A stretch of 64,000 nucleotides of DNA from positions 14,915 through 78,914 of IMG/VR virus record IMGVR_UViG_3300009129_001428. One strand, written 5' to 3'. Positions 46,930 through 55,496 of this stretch are shown piece by piece. Every line of letters starts with the position of its first letter. Position 1 is the stretch's first letter. The notes beneath the pieces were generated by a model. That model was not told where the DNA came from. It did not search any database and worked only from the letters and a program-made list of their open reading frames with translations. The stretch is from a virus. Its lineage: Duplodnaviria > Caudoviricetes. The translations under genes and the position numbers were made by a program.

Positions 46930-47628
46930 TTATAGCTCCCCTCTGATTTCATCAATCAGGCCAAGGTTGAGCGCCTCATCCGAAGAAATCCACCAATCTT
47001 TTCTATCCCAATTTCTTTTTATCTTAAGCCTGGTTAGGTTAGATCTTTTTTCAAAAATATCTAGAATGCGAGCTTCTATCCTCTTTATCCACGCAGTATG
47101 ATCCTCAATTTCAAATGTCTTACCCATGATCCCAAAGGCAGCTCTATGGATCATCATCCATGCTTGATGACCCATCCATCGGCGGTCGCCTGCCTGCAGG
47201 AGTATCCCTGCCATAGAAGCCGCCATTCCTAGTGAACCCGTAGTTACTTTATGCCCTCGGGCCCGCAGCTCCTGTATAAAATCAAACAAAACAAACCCAT
47301 CAACAATGGAGCCTCCGCCTGACGAAAAAATAATTTCTATCTCGCAATTTGGGTGCCTCCTTGACCACTGTGTAAGTTTTTGCATGCAATCATTAACATA
47401 GGTTTTGTCTACTACAGTATTAAACCTATAAATCATATTCTCTTTGTCGTCAGCCTTTTCCCTCCTCCATTCCTGGTCCTTTTTCTCTGCTTCAAGATTT
47501 TTTAATTTGGCAGAGCTCTCGGCGCTAAGTGTTTCTGCCTCTAGCTTTCGGATCTCCGCTTCGATTTTACGAGTTTCTGCTTCGATTTTACGAAGTTCTT
47601 CTTTGCTTTTTTTCTTTTCTTCGCCCAT
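46930..47628 (-). CDS. clpP: ClpP-family serine protease with N-terminal heptad-repeat extension
   Basis: IFSSGGGSIVDG, catalytic Ser in AASMAG, His in MMIH, Asp in RKDWWISSDEA, GLIDEI. Confidence 0.88.
   Translation of the reverse strand: MGEEKKKSKEELRKIEAETRKIEAEIRKLEAETLSAESSAKLKNLEAEKKDQEWRREKADDKENMIYRFNTVVDKTYVNDCMQKLTQWSRRHPNCEIEIIFSSGGGSIVDGFVLFDFIQELRARGHKVTTGSLGMAASMAGILLQAGDRRWMGHQAWMMIHRAAFGIMGKTFEIEDHTAWIKRIEARILDIFEKRSNLTRLKIKRNWDRKDWWISSDEALNLGLIDEIRGEL
47532..47594. repeat. 21-bp tandem repeat encoding RKIEAET-RKIEAEI-RKLEAET
   Basis: ttcgattttacg recurs at a 21-nt period within clpP. Confidence 0.7.
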
Positions 47629-47683
47629 GCAATATATTATACATTAATATTTGTTTTTAAATAGAAAAGTGTAATAATCTATC

Positions 47684-47995
47684 ATGGTTATTGCAATTAG
47701 TGCTAGACTCACAGAGCCTCCAAGCTACGTGACGTGTTTTAGGGACGTAACTTTATATTCAAAGTGCTTTTTGGATAGTGAAATCTTACTAGAATGTTCT
47801 CCTGAGAAGCAGGATATATACTGGAGGTGGCTAAAAAAACATGGAGCCTGGGATTTTGTTGATGACATCGTAGAGAGAAAGTCTGAGCCAGCCTTTTCCA
47901 TTCGCCGAAAAGGAGGGTCTTTGAGTGTAGATTATATATCTTACTCTAATCTAAATTCTATTTTGGGAGCTCTACAACGATATTGTCTCTCTTGA
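47684..47995 (+). CDS. hypothetical protein
   Basis: 103 aa; AGTGTA 10 nt upstream on the plus strand; divergent from clpP. Confidence 0.65.
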   Translation: MVIAISARLTEPPSYVTCFRDVTLYSKCFLDSEILLECSPEKQDIYWRWLKKHGAWDFVDDIVERKSEPAFSIRRKGGSLSVDYISYSNLNSILGALQRYCLS

Positions 47996-48902
47996 TTAGC
48001 TCGCTTACGTCAAATTTCGGGAGGACGGGCACGTCTTCAGGGTTACTTAAGCCATTCGATAGTTCTAGTTTATTCCTAAACGCATCAGGGTCATTAATAA
48101 TCTCCTTTATGTCTACATCAGGAGATTCCTTTGTAAAATGTTTAATTAAAGGGGCTAAATCTAGGCCAACCTCTTGGAATCCTACAACATAATTATGAAT
48201 CCTGTGTTCTAGTTTTAATGGGTAGGGCACTCCCCTTGGCCTGCCAAAACGATGTAGCCATCTATAGAAAGGCAAGCACCAGCAATTCCTGCCCTCCTTG
48301 CGATACTTTTCATGAATATAGCCTTCCTCTCCCCCAAACCCTATAAATTTTTCATTAAAGCCTAGCCACTCACTAGTTTTACAACTGAAACTGCCGAGCC
48401 CTTGCATTGGTATAACAAAGGGCGGTAAGTTGGCGCTAATCCCCCGTTTATCTATAGCCCATGTACCCCACATATGACCCCTCCAAATAGGATCCATATG
48501 AGTCATTGGGTCGTGGCCACGAATGCAATCCATAAGCATTGGGCCTTGGTACAAATCCTTTGTGTCGCTATTCGCTTCGTAAAAAGCTAAAAGATATTTA
48601 ATAGTCGATGGCTCAAACATTACATGTGGATCCATACATAAAGTATATGGCGCCTGAGCATTTTCAAAGACCTTATTTCTTAAGGACGTAGACTTGCGAC
48701 TCGTCTCAGGAATATATCTTATGAAAGCCTTATCGCAAAAGTCTTTGGTGGCTCGGCCTTCAGCACTATCAGGGTTGTTATCAATAATAATTAAATCTAA
48801 CTCATCAAGTATATCTAGATTATTAAGCCTTAAGGATTGATAGGAAAAAAACACCCCATCAAAATCATCATAGGTCGTAGACCCAATAGTCAATTTTTTC
48901 AT
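47958..48902 (-). CDS. GT2-like glycosyltransferase
   Basis: IIIDNNP, RNKVFE, CMDPHV, GFGGEEGY, WLHRF. Confidence 0.75.
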   Translation of the reverse strand: MKKLTIGSTTYDDFDGVFFSYQSLRLNNLDILDELDLIIIDNNPDSAEGRATKDFCDKAFIRYIPETSRKSTSLRNKVFENAQAPYTLCMDPHVMFEPSTIKYLLAFYEANSDTKDLYQGPMLMDCIRGHDPMTHMDPIWRGHMWGTWAIDKRGISANLPPFVIPMQGLGSFSCKTSEWLGFNEKFIGFGGEEGYIHEKYRKEGRNCWCLPFYRWLHRFGRPRGVPYPLKLEHRIHNYVVGFQEVGLDLAPLIKHFTKESPDVDIKEIINDPDAFRNKLELSNGLSNPEDVPVLPKFDVSELIKRDNIVVELPK

Positions 48903-48908
48903 TAAACG

Positions 48909-48937
48909 ATTATCTCATTATTAGAGACAAAAGTCAA
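48909..48937 (-). promoter_or_regulatory. sigma70-like promoter (leaderless)
   Basis: TTGACT (48932-48937) - 17 nt - GATAAT (48909-48914) - 6 nt - ATG 48902. Confidence 0.6.
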
Positions 48938-49498
48938 TTAAAATATATATCTAATTATCGGGTTAGTATATTTTTCTAGCTCTGTATATTGTCCATTCTG
49001 TGGTTCGACCACATACCAGCCAGCACTTGTGTAGATTATATTGAGGGCGTGTAGGCCATTGCCTCCTATACCGTGGAAAGGCTTCTCGCTTTTAACCATA
49101 AGTACTCCCACTAATATTTGCCTAAGGTTCTTTTTTTTAAATACAGACGTAATCATGAGACTTTTATATAAGAAGGCGAAATTCTCACAGTCAAAGGAGT
49201 CTCCGTTATTATAGGTGGGGCAATGCTCGGCACGAAATTTATTAAACCACTCTGTATATTCAATAAAATATTTAAAATTCACACCAACGTAGTGGGAATC
49301 AAAGCACATAAGCTTTTTTGTGCTCCACGGCTTCAGCTCAAATGCTTTCGCTAGGTCCCTATCTGTTTTTCCTGGGTAGGTATAGATGGGAGTCGGGCTT
49401 GAGCTAAAAGCAACGGGTTCTTTTGCGGGAGCCTTAATCTCGGGCGGGGCGCCAAGAAGGGCGCACCCAAAAAACCCAATAAATACCCCCAATTTCAC
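48938..49498 (-). CDS. secreted transglutaminase/papain-like cysteine protease (MOA C-terminal-like)
   Basis: Signal peptide; FDCENFA (Cys), HALN (His-Asn), VVEPQ. Confidence 0.6.
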   Translation of the reverse strand: MKLGVFIGFFGCALLGAPPEIKAPAKEPVAFSSSPTPIYTYPGKTDRDLAKAFELKPWSTKKLMCFDSHYVGVNFKYFIEYTEWFNKFRAEHCPTYNNGDSFDCENFAFLYKSLMITSVFKKKNLRQILVGVLMVKSEKPFHGIGGNGLHALNIIYTSAGWYVVEPQNGQYTELEKYTNPIIRYIF

Positions 49499-50460
49499 TG
49501 TGGAAGATCAATCTTGTTGTAGCCTTCGCTTAGGGTGTTATTTGTGGCTCGGGCTATAAAGAATGCCTCGCCTGCCTGTATCTCTTTATCGTCTATTTGT
49601 GAACTCGTAAGGTTAATCCAGTCGCTACCATTATGATAATATATTTGCCATGCCGTACCTGACCAGAAAAGAACCTGATCCACCTGACTGATGTTGGATC
49701 CTGATATCCAATTAGAACTTGTGTCTAGGATTTGGGAAAGATTAACAGTAACAGGAAAGGGGTTAGACATTAAAAATTTACCATCACTTCCTGGTCGATA
49801 GGATTGCACCGTAAGCGGAACATATCCCGAAAAAGAAAAAATTAATTCATCGCTTTTGCGTACATAAACCATGCCTTCGTCGGGATAAATAATAGTAGTG
49901 CTTTGGTCACTGCGTGTTCCATATGTCTGCCATTTGTCTTGATAATAAAAATAAGTTTTCCATCCGTATGTGGTCCAGATTAAAATGTTGTCTCCTTGTG
50001 TGGGTTTTCCCGCTAAGCCTGTAAAGTCGTCTCCAGTTCCAAATAAACCTCCAAGCGTATTGGCTTGAATAATGTCAACGCTATCATAGAGCGAAAAATA
50101 AGTACTCATATCATCAGGCGGACAATTAATTACCACATTATCTCCTTGATTGGATAACACTGCAAAAATCATTCCATTTTGAGCCTCTGCCCCGTCCCTG
50201 AGGCGTAAGAGATGAGCGGTTTGAATGAGCTCATTGTCTTCGTAGTTGTTATCTTCTAGGTCAGTTAAGGTCAATTGAGATCCTGAAATCGCATCAATCA
50301 TACCAGAGTAAGCTGGATCTTGATTATAGGCGCTCGAGATAAAAGTATAACTCGGTTCTTGTGGCGTTCCGACTGGGAGGGTTACATTAGTTACTCCAAT
50401 GGGGTCTGTACTTTCTCCGTGTAGCAGTCCCGCTAATAATAAAAATATTAATTTTCTCAT
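49495..50460 (-). CDS. secreted TIGR02597-like verrucomicrobial protein
   Basis: Signal peptide then TDPIGVTNVTLP; repeated D.+..W....W..Y+Y....W units, IIYPDEG, NPFPV. Confidence 0.55.
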   Translation of the reverse strand: MRKLIFLLLAGLLHGESTDPIGVTNVTLPVGTPQEPSYTFISSAYNQDPAYSGMIDAISGSQLTLTDLEDNNYEDNELIQTAHLLRLRDGAEAQNGMIFAVLSNQGDNVVINCPPDDMSTYFSLYDSVDIIQANTLGGLFGTGDDFTGLAGKPTQGDNILIWTTYGWKTYFYYQDKWQTYGTRSDQSTTIIYPDEGMVYVRKSDELIFSFSGYVPLTVQSYRPGSDGKFLMSNPFPVTVNLSQILDTSSNWISGSNISQVDQVLFWSGTAWQIYYHNGSDWINLTSSQIDDKEIQAGEAFFIARATNNTLSEGYNKIDLPQ

Positions 50461-53277
50461 TTAATTGCTTTCTACTCGTACTCTGAGGTATTGATTTTTA
50501 GGTGAGTCTCCAAGATTGAATCTTTGGTCTGACTTATATGTCACCTCTTCTAGCCCATCGCCTAAGTCTTCTGATGAGACGAGGGTAACTCCTGTTTCAC
50601 TCCAATTAACTAAATCTGTACTGCGTTCTACGTAATAGGCCAAGTCTGTGGCGACCTCAACCTTTCTTCTAACAAATGTGATTTGAAAGAAGCCTCCGTC
50701 CCTGTCTAACTTCCTCTTTGGTTTGCGTAGTTTTTCATTTTCATCTGCTCCCAAGCTGTCGCTGCCGAAAGCATATTCTATTAAATTAGATCTGCCATCT
50801 CCGTCTGCGTCAAAACCATCGCTATCAATTAGCTCTTGTGCCTGCGCAACGGTAACTCCCTTTCGTGCTGCCACTTTGTTCGCTAAGGCCGAATACCGAG
50901 AGTCTTCTTTTAGCTTGTCTTTGAACTGAGACCGAGTCCACGTTCTTAAAGTGCCTGAGGTAGCCATGCGAGCGATAACCCCATCAGGGAAAACAGAAGT
51001 ATAAATTCTAACATCGTCCATAAGGCCAGTAAAGTCTCCCCACAATTGATCTGACTGAGTTCCGTTGTCTAGCTTAAGCCTTGAGATACCTAGGCTTAGT
51101 TTAGAATTCGAGCTGCTATCTAATCTTGTTCCAAACCCTGTCCACGTAGCCTTCTTAACTCCATTTAGATATACTTTGGCGGTGCCCGCGCTGTAAGCTA
51201 GAACTAAATTATACCAAACATTATTTTGTATGCCTGCGTCAACTCTTTTTAAAGTATCTAAACCTGTATATGTGTCGAGGTAAACTTCAATGTAAGCGCC
51301 TTCGGTTCCTATTTCTAAATTATCATTTGACGCCCTAGATGCTTGGCCTAGTAAAACGTTATTGACTCCATGGTTGGTGTCCTTGGACCCGCCGCTGTTG
51401 TCGGTTGTGCGCTTAAACCATAATGAAACAGTAAAAGTACTAGGCTGATCCATCGCTGCAACATCACCTAAGTCTACATAATCATCAGTTCCATCAAATT
51501 GTAGTGCTGTACTAAATTTACCTTTGGCGGCTTCTGCGCCTACTACTGTGCCTGCGTTTGCTTTTGTATCATCTAGGCCGCCCTTATCAAATCTCCATCT
51601 AGAAAGTAAAGTGTCGCCAATGACAACTTGACGTGATGTTGTAAATGTTTGATTACTAATGCTATCAACGACAGAATATTGTATTGTTCTTGTTCCTGGT
51701 TTAAATGTATTAACTACTGTTGAGGTGGCCACTTCTGAAATGACCGTGCCGTCAGGCTCTTTGAGTATTGCCTTGGGGTCCGTAAAAGGAACGTTTAATT
51801 GATAGTTGTATGGCGAGTTTCCTTGAATTTCAAAAGTAGGGCTTTCAATATTTACAATAATACTAGTTTCGGAAGCCCCATTATAATTGTACCTGAGAGT
51901 TTGTTCTCCATTAGTTAATACATTGAGTGCATTATCTGGGCTTAGTGTTGATTGTAATACTGAATTGTCTGCCGCATATACTATGGCATTTGGATTTGTG
52001 AATGCCGCTCCTAATCGATGGGTAAGGTAGGGGTCTCCTGTGATTATTATATAAGGCGATCCAGGATTGGCATTATACTTAATGCCTGATAGGTTAATTG
52101 CTTGTACCCATGCAACGAAGTGCTGTCCGTGATATCCTCTGGAAATTGTAACTTCGTTACTAGCTGTAAATCGAGCCCACATTTGAGGCCTGGGAAAAGC
52201 CGTGCCTGTCCCATTAACCGTATTGTAAACCCACGCAAACTTTTCATTGCCAACAGCTGTTGTAACTGGTACAGCTTTATCTGTAAGGCTGTTATTGCCA
52301 TCAGCTTTAAATTTATACTCAACAGATGCGCTGGCATGGCTTAAGACATAAACATCAAAGTAATATCTGTCGTTGTATTCTGAACCAACGGCCACTTTTG
52401 TTTCTGTTGCATTTACATTTTTACCATCACCTAGGGTTACTAATACTGCTTCGGCGCAGTCTCCAATGCCTGCATCTACTCTATTGCCAGTTCCCCATAC
52501 CCATGTATTAGCTCTTGTAACCTGATTAATAGTTGCTGTGGTATATTCATTTGTAGCATCCGCGCCTCCACCTCCCTTATTGCCATCTATAAAGGCGTGC
52601 TGGACTGTCCAATTTGATCCCCATTCAACGATAAACGTTGTCATTTTAGTATTAACTAGCGTATCTCCTCCCGCGTGACGAACCCAGTTAATTGTATTGG
52701 TTTCAGAGGGATATATACGAGTCATTGCAGATGTAATCTTACCAGCATTTGCATTGCTAGTATACTGAACTCCACCGCCTCTATAACCACCATATGGGAC
52801 TACATTAGCTAGCGTTGTCCAATTGGTGCTACTAGTAAACGATCCATTTGCGCTATCTAACAACGTATCCTTGGCGTCTAATAATTTAAATCCATCAGTA
52901 CCTTCTTCTGCCAAGCTTTCTACTACTGTTATAACACCCTCCCATTCATTATGAGTCTGATGTCGCTGGAGGGTAACAATGTTATTTGCAGTCGATGCTG
53001 CTAAATCACCCTTCCCTCCTGGAACTTTAAATACTCTAGCATATGCTTGAGAGTGATTAAGGCCACCGCTATCTTTACGTGAACCTCTTACTAATATAAA
53101 GTAATTGTCTGCTAAATCTTGATTTAATGTTAAATTAAAAGTAGTTCCAGTAAAATTACTAGTAGAATCAATATGGTATTCTTTAATTCGGAAGACTGGA
53201 TCATTCCCTACTGCGCCCAAGGTGTTGAGTAACAACAACAACACCCACAAAAAGGGCAGGAATTTTTTTAGCAGCAT
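50461..53277 (-). CDS. large secreted LamG-domain protein with Ig-like repeats and a verrucomicrobial-type C-terminal domain
   Basis: Signal peptide; two DUF5011-like units (FTNPNA, FTDPKA...YSVVDS); LamG ALQFDGTDDYV, FTVSLWFK, YLNG, FTGLMDDVRIY; tail DADGDGRSNLIEYAFG...YYVERSTDLVNW...QYLRVRV. Confidence 0.8.
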   Translation of the reverse strand: MLLKKFLPFLWVLLLLLNTLGAVGNDPVFRIKEYHIDSTSNFTGTTFNLTLNQDLADNYFILVRGSRKDSGGLNHSQAYARVFKVPGGKGDLAASTANNIVTLQRHQTHNEWEGVITVVESLAEEGTDGFKLLDAKDTLLDSANGSFTSSTNWTTLANVVPYGGYRGGGVQYTSNANAGKITSAMTRIYPSETNTINWVRHAGGDTLVNTKMTTFIVEWGSNWTVQHAFIDGNKGGGGADATNEYTTATINQVTRANTWVWGTGNRVDAGIGDCAEAVLVTLGDGKNVNATETKVAVGSEYNDRYYFDVYVLSHASASVEYKFKADGNNSLTDKAVPVTTAVGNEKFAWVYNTVNGTGTAFPRPQMWARFTASNEVTISRGYHGQHFVAWVQAINLSGIKYNANPGSPYIIITGDPYLTHRLGAAFTNPNAIVYAADNSVLQSTLSPDNALNVLTNGEQTLRYNYNGASETSIIVNIESPTFEIQGNSPYNYQLNVPFTDPKAILKEPDGTVISEVATSTVVNTFKPGTRTIQYSVVDSISNQTFTTSRQVVIGDTLLSRWRFDKGGLDDTKANAGTVVGAEAAKGKFSTALQFDGTDDYVDLGDVAAMDQPSTFTVSLWFKRTTDNSGGSKDTNHGVNNVLLGQASRASNDNLEIGTEGAYIEVYLDTYTGLDTLKRVDAGIQNNVWYNLVLAYSAGTAKVYLNGVKKATWTGFGTRLDSSSNSKLSLGISRLKLDNGTQSDQLWGDFTGLMDDVRIYTSVFPDGVIARMATSGTLRTWTRSQFKDKLKEDSRYSALANKVAARKGVTVAQAQELIDSDGFDADGDGRSNLIEYAFGSDSLGADENEKLRKPKRKLDRDGGFFQITFVRRKVEVATDLAYYVERSTDLVNWSETGVTLVSSEDLGDGLEEVTYKSDQRFNLGDSPKNQYLRVRVESN

Positions 53278-53308
53278 ATCTTACAATATAAGATACACTA
53301 AAAACATA

Positions 53309-54589
53309 TTATAGCAACTCTTTAATTACAACCCCCTCTCCTAAGATTGGTATAGGCCTTCCGCTGTGGTCGTAATAATGATGCTTCGTATTAATGCCTA
53401 AATGTTCATAGGCTGTAGCCAACACGTCCGCAGGCCTTATACCTGCCCCTTCAGGCAGGCTACCCGTCTTATCGCTTGATCCTGCTACTCTGCCTCCTTG
53501 AACGGGGCCGCCTGCAATCGCTGCAGACATTACATTGGACCAATGATCTCTGCCTCCATTGCTATTTATTTTCGGAGTCCTCCCGAATTCTCCCCAAGCT
53601 ATTACCATTACATCTTCCATCATTCCTTGTGCGTATAAATCATTTATTAATGCGCTAAATCCTATGTCAAACTGCGGTAAGTTTTTGGCGCCGTTAGTCT
53701 TGTCGCTGTTCTGATGAGTGTCCCATCCGAAGGGAGTATTAACAGTAACTAATTTAACTCCCGCTTTAACCAGCCTTCTTGCTAGTAATAAATCCCTCCC
53801 AAATCCAGGGCCGTACATGTCTTTGATAAATTGCGACTCATCATTTATATCGAATGCTTTTGATGCTTGGCCAGAAGATAATACATCATATGCTTTCAGA
53901 TTAAATTCATTCATGGCTTCTATTGACTTGCTGCGATCAATCTCTGCCTTCATGGTGTCCATGGATTTTAATAGATCATTTCTATTATCTAACCTACGAA
54001 CAGTTAAGCTATCATTTAATGTAAAATTATCATCTTTATATAATGGATTATTGGATGCTCGTCTCCTAGTTTGGTATGGCATATACTGTTGGCCTAAATA
54101 AGCGGCCCTTGTACCTCTGTTGTGGGTTGGTATTACCACATAAGGAGGCACCTTTAACCCTAACGCCCTCGATCTCTCAGCCGCCACAGATCCAATACTT
54201 GGGTAGAAGTTCTCTTGCTGATTAGGTTGCGCAGGCTTATAGCCTGAGTACATAAATTCATGAGCTGCAGAATGATTATTGCTTCCGTGGTATAATCCTC
54301 TTACAATAGACCATTGATCCATAAGGGCCGCGCTTTTGTTTAGATGGTCTGAGATTTGAACGCCTGGGACTTTAGTAGAAATTGCGTCAAAGTGGCCTTT
54401 ATATTCGCTTGAGGCCTCAGGTTTCGGATCAAATGTCTCGTGATGACTAGGACCACCATTCATCCAAATAATAATAACAGATTTATTATTCTTAATAGAA
54501 CCAACCTCTTGGGCCGCTAAGAGTTCGGGTAATGATAAGGAGCCTAGTCCTGCTAAGGCCCCAACTTTTAAAAAATGTTGCCTATTCAT
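53309..54589 (-). CDS. DUF1501 family protein (Tat-like signal)
   Basis: NRQHFLK, SVIIIWMNGGPSHHETFDPKP, GWDTH, WGEFGRTP, GRDHW, PADVLAT...LGI. Confidence 0.88.
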   Translation of the reverse strand: MNRQHFLKVGALAGLGSLSLPELLAAQEVGSIKNNKSVIIIWMNGGPSHHETFDPKPEASSEYKGHFDAISTKVPGVQISDHLNKSAALMDQWSIVRGLYHGSNNHSAAHEFMYSGYKPAQPNQQENFYPSIGSVAAERSRALGLKVPPYVVIPTHNRGTRAAYLGQQYMPYQTRRRASNNPLYKDDNFTLNDSLTVRRLDNRNDLLKSMDTMKAEIDRSKSIEAMNEFNLKAYDVLSSGQASKAFDINDESQFIKDMYGPGFGRDLLLARRLVKAGVKLVTVNTPFGWDTHQNSDKTNGAKNLPQFDIGFSALINDLYAQGMMEDVMVIAWGEFGRTPKINSNGGRDHWSNVMSAAIAGGPVQGGRVAGSSDKTGSLPEGAGIRPADVLATAYEHLGINTKHHYYDHSGRPIPILGEGVVIKELL

Positions 54590-54678
54590 GTGGTTTAATT
54601 TAGTTTACACTTTATCTTTCGATAGTGCAGCTACATTAAACACAATATGTGGTCTGTCGTCCACTGGCGTGGCTAGTC

Positions 54679-54695
54679 TTTTTTTTTTTTTTTTT
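54679..54695. repeat. 17-bp T homopolymer (A17 on the coding strand)
   Basis: Direct count; includes part of the stop codon of the upstream gene. Confidence 0.9.
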
Positions 54696-55440
54696 AAGAC
54701 TTACTTTTGTCTTTTTTCTCGGACTTCTTATCTTCCTTCTCGTCCTTTTTTAAATCCTTTATTTGCTTCTTATCGTCCTTAACAGCGTCCTTTTCGTGCT
54801 CTTCTTTTTCTTTATCTGAGTCCTTGTCAAGCTCCTTCTTATCTTTGAGCCACGGGGGAAGGTTTTTCTTTTTCGCCTCGACCTCTTCCTCTGCCTTAGT
54901 ATATTTAACTTTATCTTCTTTGTCAAACTCCTGATCTTTTTTAAGATCATGGATTTCTACAGATTTTTTAGTAGAAGGCTTGCCTTTTTTGAGCTTGTTT
55001 ATTTTGCTCTGGTCATCTTTGACGGCGTCCTTTTCGTGTTCGCCCTTTTCTTTTTTAGAGTCTTTCTTCAACTCTTTCTTGTCAATCTTGTCCCACTGCT
55101 TCTTAGTCTTGGCCTCGGACTCCTCTTCGCTGGCCTTCGACCAACTATCAGGCAACGTATCTTCGCAGCCTAGTTTGCTTGCGCGAGCTGTAAGTTTGCT
55201 CTTGAAGGTGTCGAAGCTCATTGGCCCTTTATACATGCCCCAGGTGCTTACAGCAGCCTTAACGTTTTTACAGTCTACCACAGGAAAAGAGCGTCTCTTG
55301 GGATCTAAAAAGGCGCTGTCTTCTAATTCGCTTCTTTTCTTGCCCCCAAATCTCTCGGCGGCACATAAAAGTGAATTGTTGTCTTCTTCGATGGGATAAG
55401 TTAATCCTCTAATTTGATCTGAAAAGTCTAGTTCTTCCAT
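54694..55440 (-). CDS. DUF6582-like N-domain protein with duplicated K/D/E-rich repeat
   Basis: RSELEDSAFLDPKRRSFPVVD..NVKAAV; two copies of KKELxKDSxKEKxEHEKDAVKDD..xI..LKK; start at MEELDF. Confidence 0.65.
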   Translation of the reverse strand: MEELDFSDQIRGLTYPIEEDNNSLLCAAERFGGKKRSELEDSAFLDPKRRSFPVVDCKNVKAAVSTWGMYKGPMSFDTFKSKLTARASKLGCEDTLPDSWSKASEEESEAKTKKQWDKIDKKELKKDSKKEKGEHEKDAVKDDQSKINKLKKGKPSTKKSVEIHDLKKDQEFDKEDKVKYTKAEEEVEAKKKNLPPWLKDKKELDKDSDKEKEEHEKDAVKDDKKQIKDLKKDEKEDKKSEKKDKSKS

Positions 55441-55496
55441 AGTACAGCTATTATACACTTTATAAAAGAAAATTGAATAATAAAATTATATCCCTC

